Shown piece after piece: positions 1-64,000 of a DNA stretch of 64,000 nucleotides; the stretch's first letter is position 1; each line of letters opens with the position of its first letter. Source of the stretch: Octopus sinensis. Its lineage: Eukaryota. The translations under genes and the position numbers were made by a program. Below the pieces are notes generated by a model. That model had not been told where the DNA came from, did not search any database, and worked only from the letters and a program-made list of their open reading frames with translations. The stretch is from NCBI RefSeq assembly GCF_006345805.1, contig NC_043002.1, positions 22,940,001 through 23,004,000 of the forward strand. The letters are read 5' to 3'.

Positions 1-61822
<61,822 letters not shown>

Positions 61823-62065
61823 TTTGTTGATATACTTTTTACTTTTCAATGATATTTTATCATCCCTTACTTAAAAGTATTCCATTAAATCCTTTCTATT
61901 TTCCTCTTCCAGTTTTTATACTTCCATTTTTTGTTTTGTTCTTTTTTCTTTGAATAACTATAAACAACTGAGCTGATTGTTCGAATCGTGGCGAAATCAG
62001 GACTGTAATTGGTAGATAAGAAGAAAGATTATATGTTAGGAAAAGAAAGATAAATTTATGATACA

Positions 62066-62370
62066 CTAGCAGTATCGCCCGGCGTTGCTCGGGTTTGTAA
62101 GGGAAATAACTATATAAGCATTTTTAGAGAGTTACTTCCCTTATATAATAGCCAAAAAATGCATTAAAAGTGGGAAAAAATGATGGTAATTTTTTTTTTA
62201 ATCGTAAACTCATCGTAGACGTGTGCTAATACCCAGAAGGGCTCGATAGGAATCACGACTATAAGATACCCGGTTTTGGTTACACTGCACCGCAAAATGT
62301 AGGAGTAGTTAGGAATCTAAATCGTAGGAGACAGACACTCACACAACTTCACTTTTATATATAAAGAAGA
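62066..62370 (-). mobile_element. Non-autonomous Helitron, internally deleted relative to 7342-7854
   Basis: Same 5' TC..tatatataaaa start and 3' hairpin plus CTAG|T end; lacks about 200 bp of the centre. Confidence 0.85.
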
Positions 62371-62597
62371 TAATGCGGATAACGCATGATACAGGCAAAG
62401 ACATACATATACTACGGCACTCACTCGATTACGACGACGTGGGTTCCAGTTGATCCAATCAACGGAACAGCCTGCTCGGGAAATTAACGTGCAAGTGGCT
62501 GAGCACTCCACAGACACGTGTATCGTTAACGTAGTGCTTGGGGAGATTCAGCCTGATAAGGCTGACACTTTGAAATACAAGTACCACAGAAACAGGA

Positions 62598-62965
62598 AGG
62601 CGGCGAGCTGGCAGAAACGTTAGCACACCGGGCAAAATGCTTAGCGGTATTTCGTCTGCCGCTACGTTCTGAGCTCAAATTCCTCCGAGGTCGACTTTGC
62701 CTTCCATCCTTTCGGGGTCGATTAAATAAGTACCAGTTACACACTGGGTTCGATATAATCGACTTAATCCGTTTGTCTGTCCTTGTTTGTCCTCTCTGTG
62801 TTTAATCCCTTGTGGGTAGTAAAGAAATAGGTATTTCGTCTGCCGTCACGTTTTGAGTTCAAATTCCTTCGAGGTCGACTTTGCATTTCATCCTTTCGGG
62901 GTCGATAAATTCAGTACCAGTGAAACGCTAGAGTTGATGTAACCGACTAGTCCCCTTCCCCAAAA
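62598..62965 (+). mobile_element. SINE family A dimer
   Basis: GAAATAGGTATTTC junction at 62824-62837. Confidence 0.9.
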
Positions 62966-63547
62966 TTTCAGGCCTTGTGTCTATAGGAGAAAAGAACTGC
63001 TCCTTTATCAATTCAGAAAAACTAGAGACGGTCTCGATTGAATTTGAACTCAGAACACAGCGCGTTGAAAGAAAAACTAGTACAAATCAATTCGATCTAA
63101 CGACTCTGCCAGTACACCACTTCAATGCTTTAACCGTTTTATATTTACTGTGTGTTTTCACTGCACCAACGAACACGTTTATGAACAGTGTTTTGTTTTA
63201 ATTTTATTATTTTTACTGCACTGAAAGTAACTTGTGTGTATGAAGCTATTTAGAAGTTTCGAGCCCTGTACCTCAGTTCTTATTTTATCATTATCAAGGC
63301 ACTTCTCAAGGATTTCTATTTTCAGCCCCAACCCGTCACTTTCCTGTTATCTCTATTTTCAGGTCCTTATATTTGGATCTTTCCATTTCTTTGAGAGAAG
63401 CATTATCATCTGTTGCGACTCAGATCTAGTTTTAAAATATATATAAGTTGCGTTTGATTTATATTTATAAATTGTTATATATACTTATATTTCATTATGT
63501 ACATTATTTATATTTGACGGATATTTGTCCTCATCTTGTTTGTTGTT

Positions 63548-63593
63548 AACACAACGTTTCGGCTGATATACCCTGCAGCCTTCATCAGGTGTC
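63548..63593 (-). ncRNA. Minimal type I hammerhead ribozyme (Penelope-like)
   Basis: Minus strand reads gacac-CUGAUGA-a-GGCUG(cagggtatat)CAGCC-GAAAC-GUU-gtgtt: 5-bp stem I, 5-bp stem II, palindromic ACGU stem III, GUU cleavage triplet. Confidence 0.7.
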
Positions 63594-64000
63594 TTGGGGA
63601 AATTTCGAACCTGGGTTCTCATTCCTACGGTATTTTTCGATGTTATAATAGAACAAATGAACCCCAGTATATAATTTTAACATTTACATGTGTCTGGGGG
63701 GAGGGGGTATTCGATAAGCTTCCACCAAATCCACTCACAAGGCATTAATCGATCCGAGGCTATAGTAGAAGACACTTGCCCTAGGTACCTCGCAGTGGAA
63801 CTGAACCCGAGAGTACATGGTTGCAAAGTGAGCTTCATAACCACACGGCCATCCTACGCCAGTCAAGTGTTTTATAAAAGCCTTCTTTTCAGAATACAGT
63901 CCGATTACGAACAAAACAACAATTCTTCTTTGAGTCACACCACTTCCAGGATCTGTGAATACGAAAGTGTATATTTACATATATATCAATGTGTGCGGTT

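Overview
Eukaryotic, AT-rich, microsatellite-dense genomic DNA, most consistent with an octopus (coleoid cephalopod) genome; this is inferred from the SINE, Penelope and microsatellite repertoire. Almost the whole window lies inside one minus-strand gene that the ORF track misses. I spliced 16 small GT-AG exons by hand (61822 down past position 1) into an approximately 610-aa DH(RhoGEF)-PH-C2 protein of the BCR/ABR family. It is highly divergent and appears to have lost the GEF catalytic motifs; any RhoGAP domain would lie beyond the left edge. Two junctions (at 21.2 kb and 18.75/16.7 kb) need either a 1-nt indel or a weak splice site. The introns hold a Tx1/L1-clade LINE family found only in (GATA)n tracts, RLE-type (R2/R4/NeSL-like) LINE fragments, RTE fragments, Penelope-like fragments (GIY-YIG, minimal hammerhead ribozymes, a CCAAT-CRE-TATA array), two non-autonomous Helitrons, Tc1/mariner remnants and MITEs, long fold-back palindromes and three tRNA-derived SINE families. 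Comparisons to human BCR use sequence recalled from memory and were aligned by eye; no database search was run. Repeat boundaries are approximate, exon boundaries were counted base by base. Interrupted microsatellites and frameshifted LINEs suggest an indel-prone assembly, so frame breaks must be treated cautiously.
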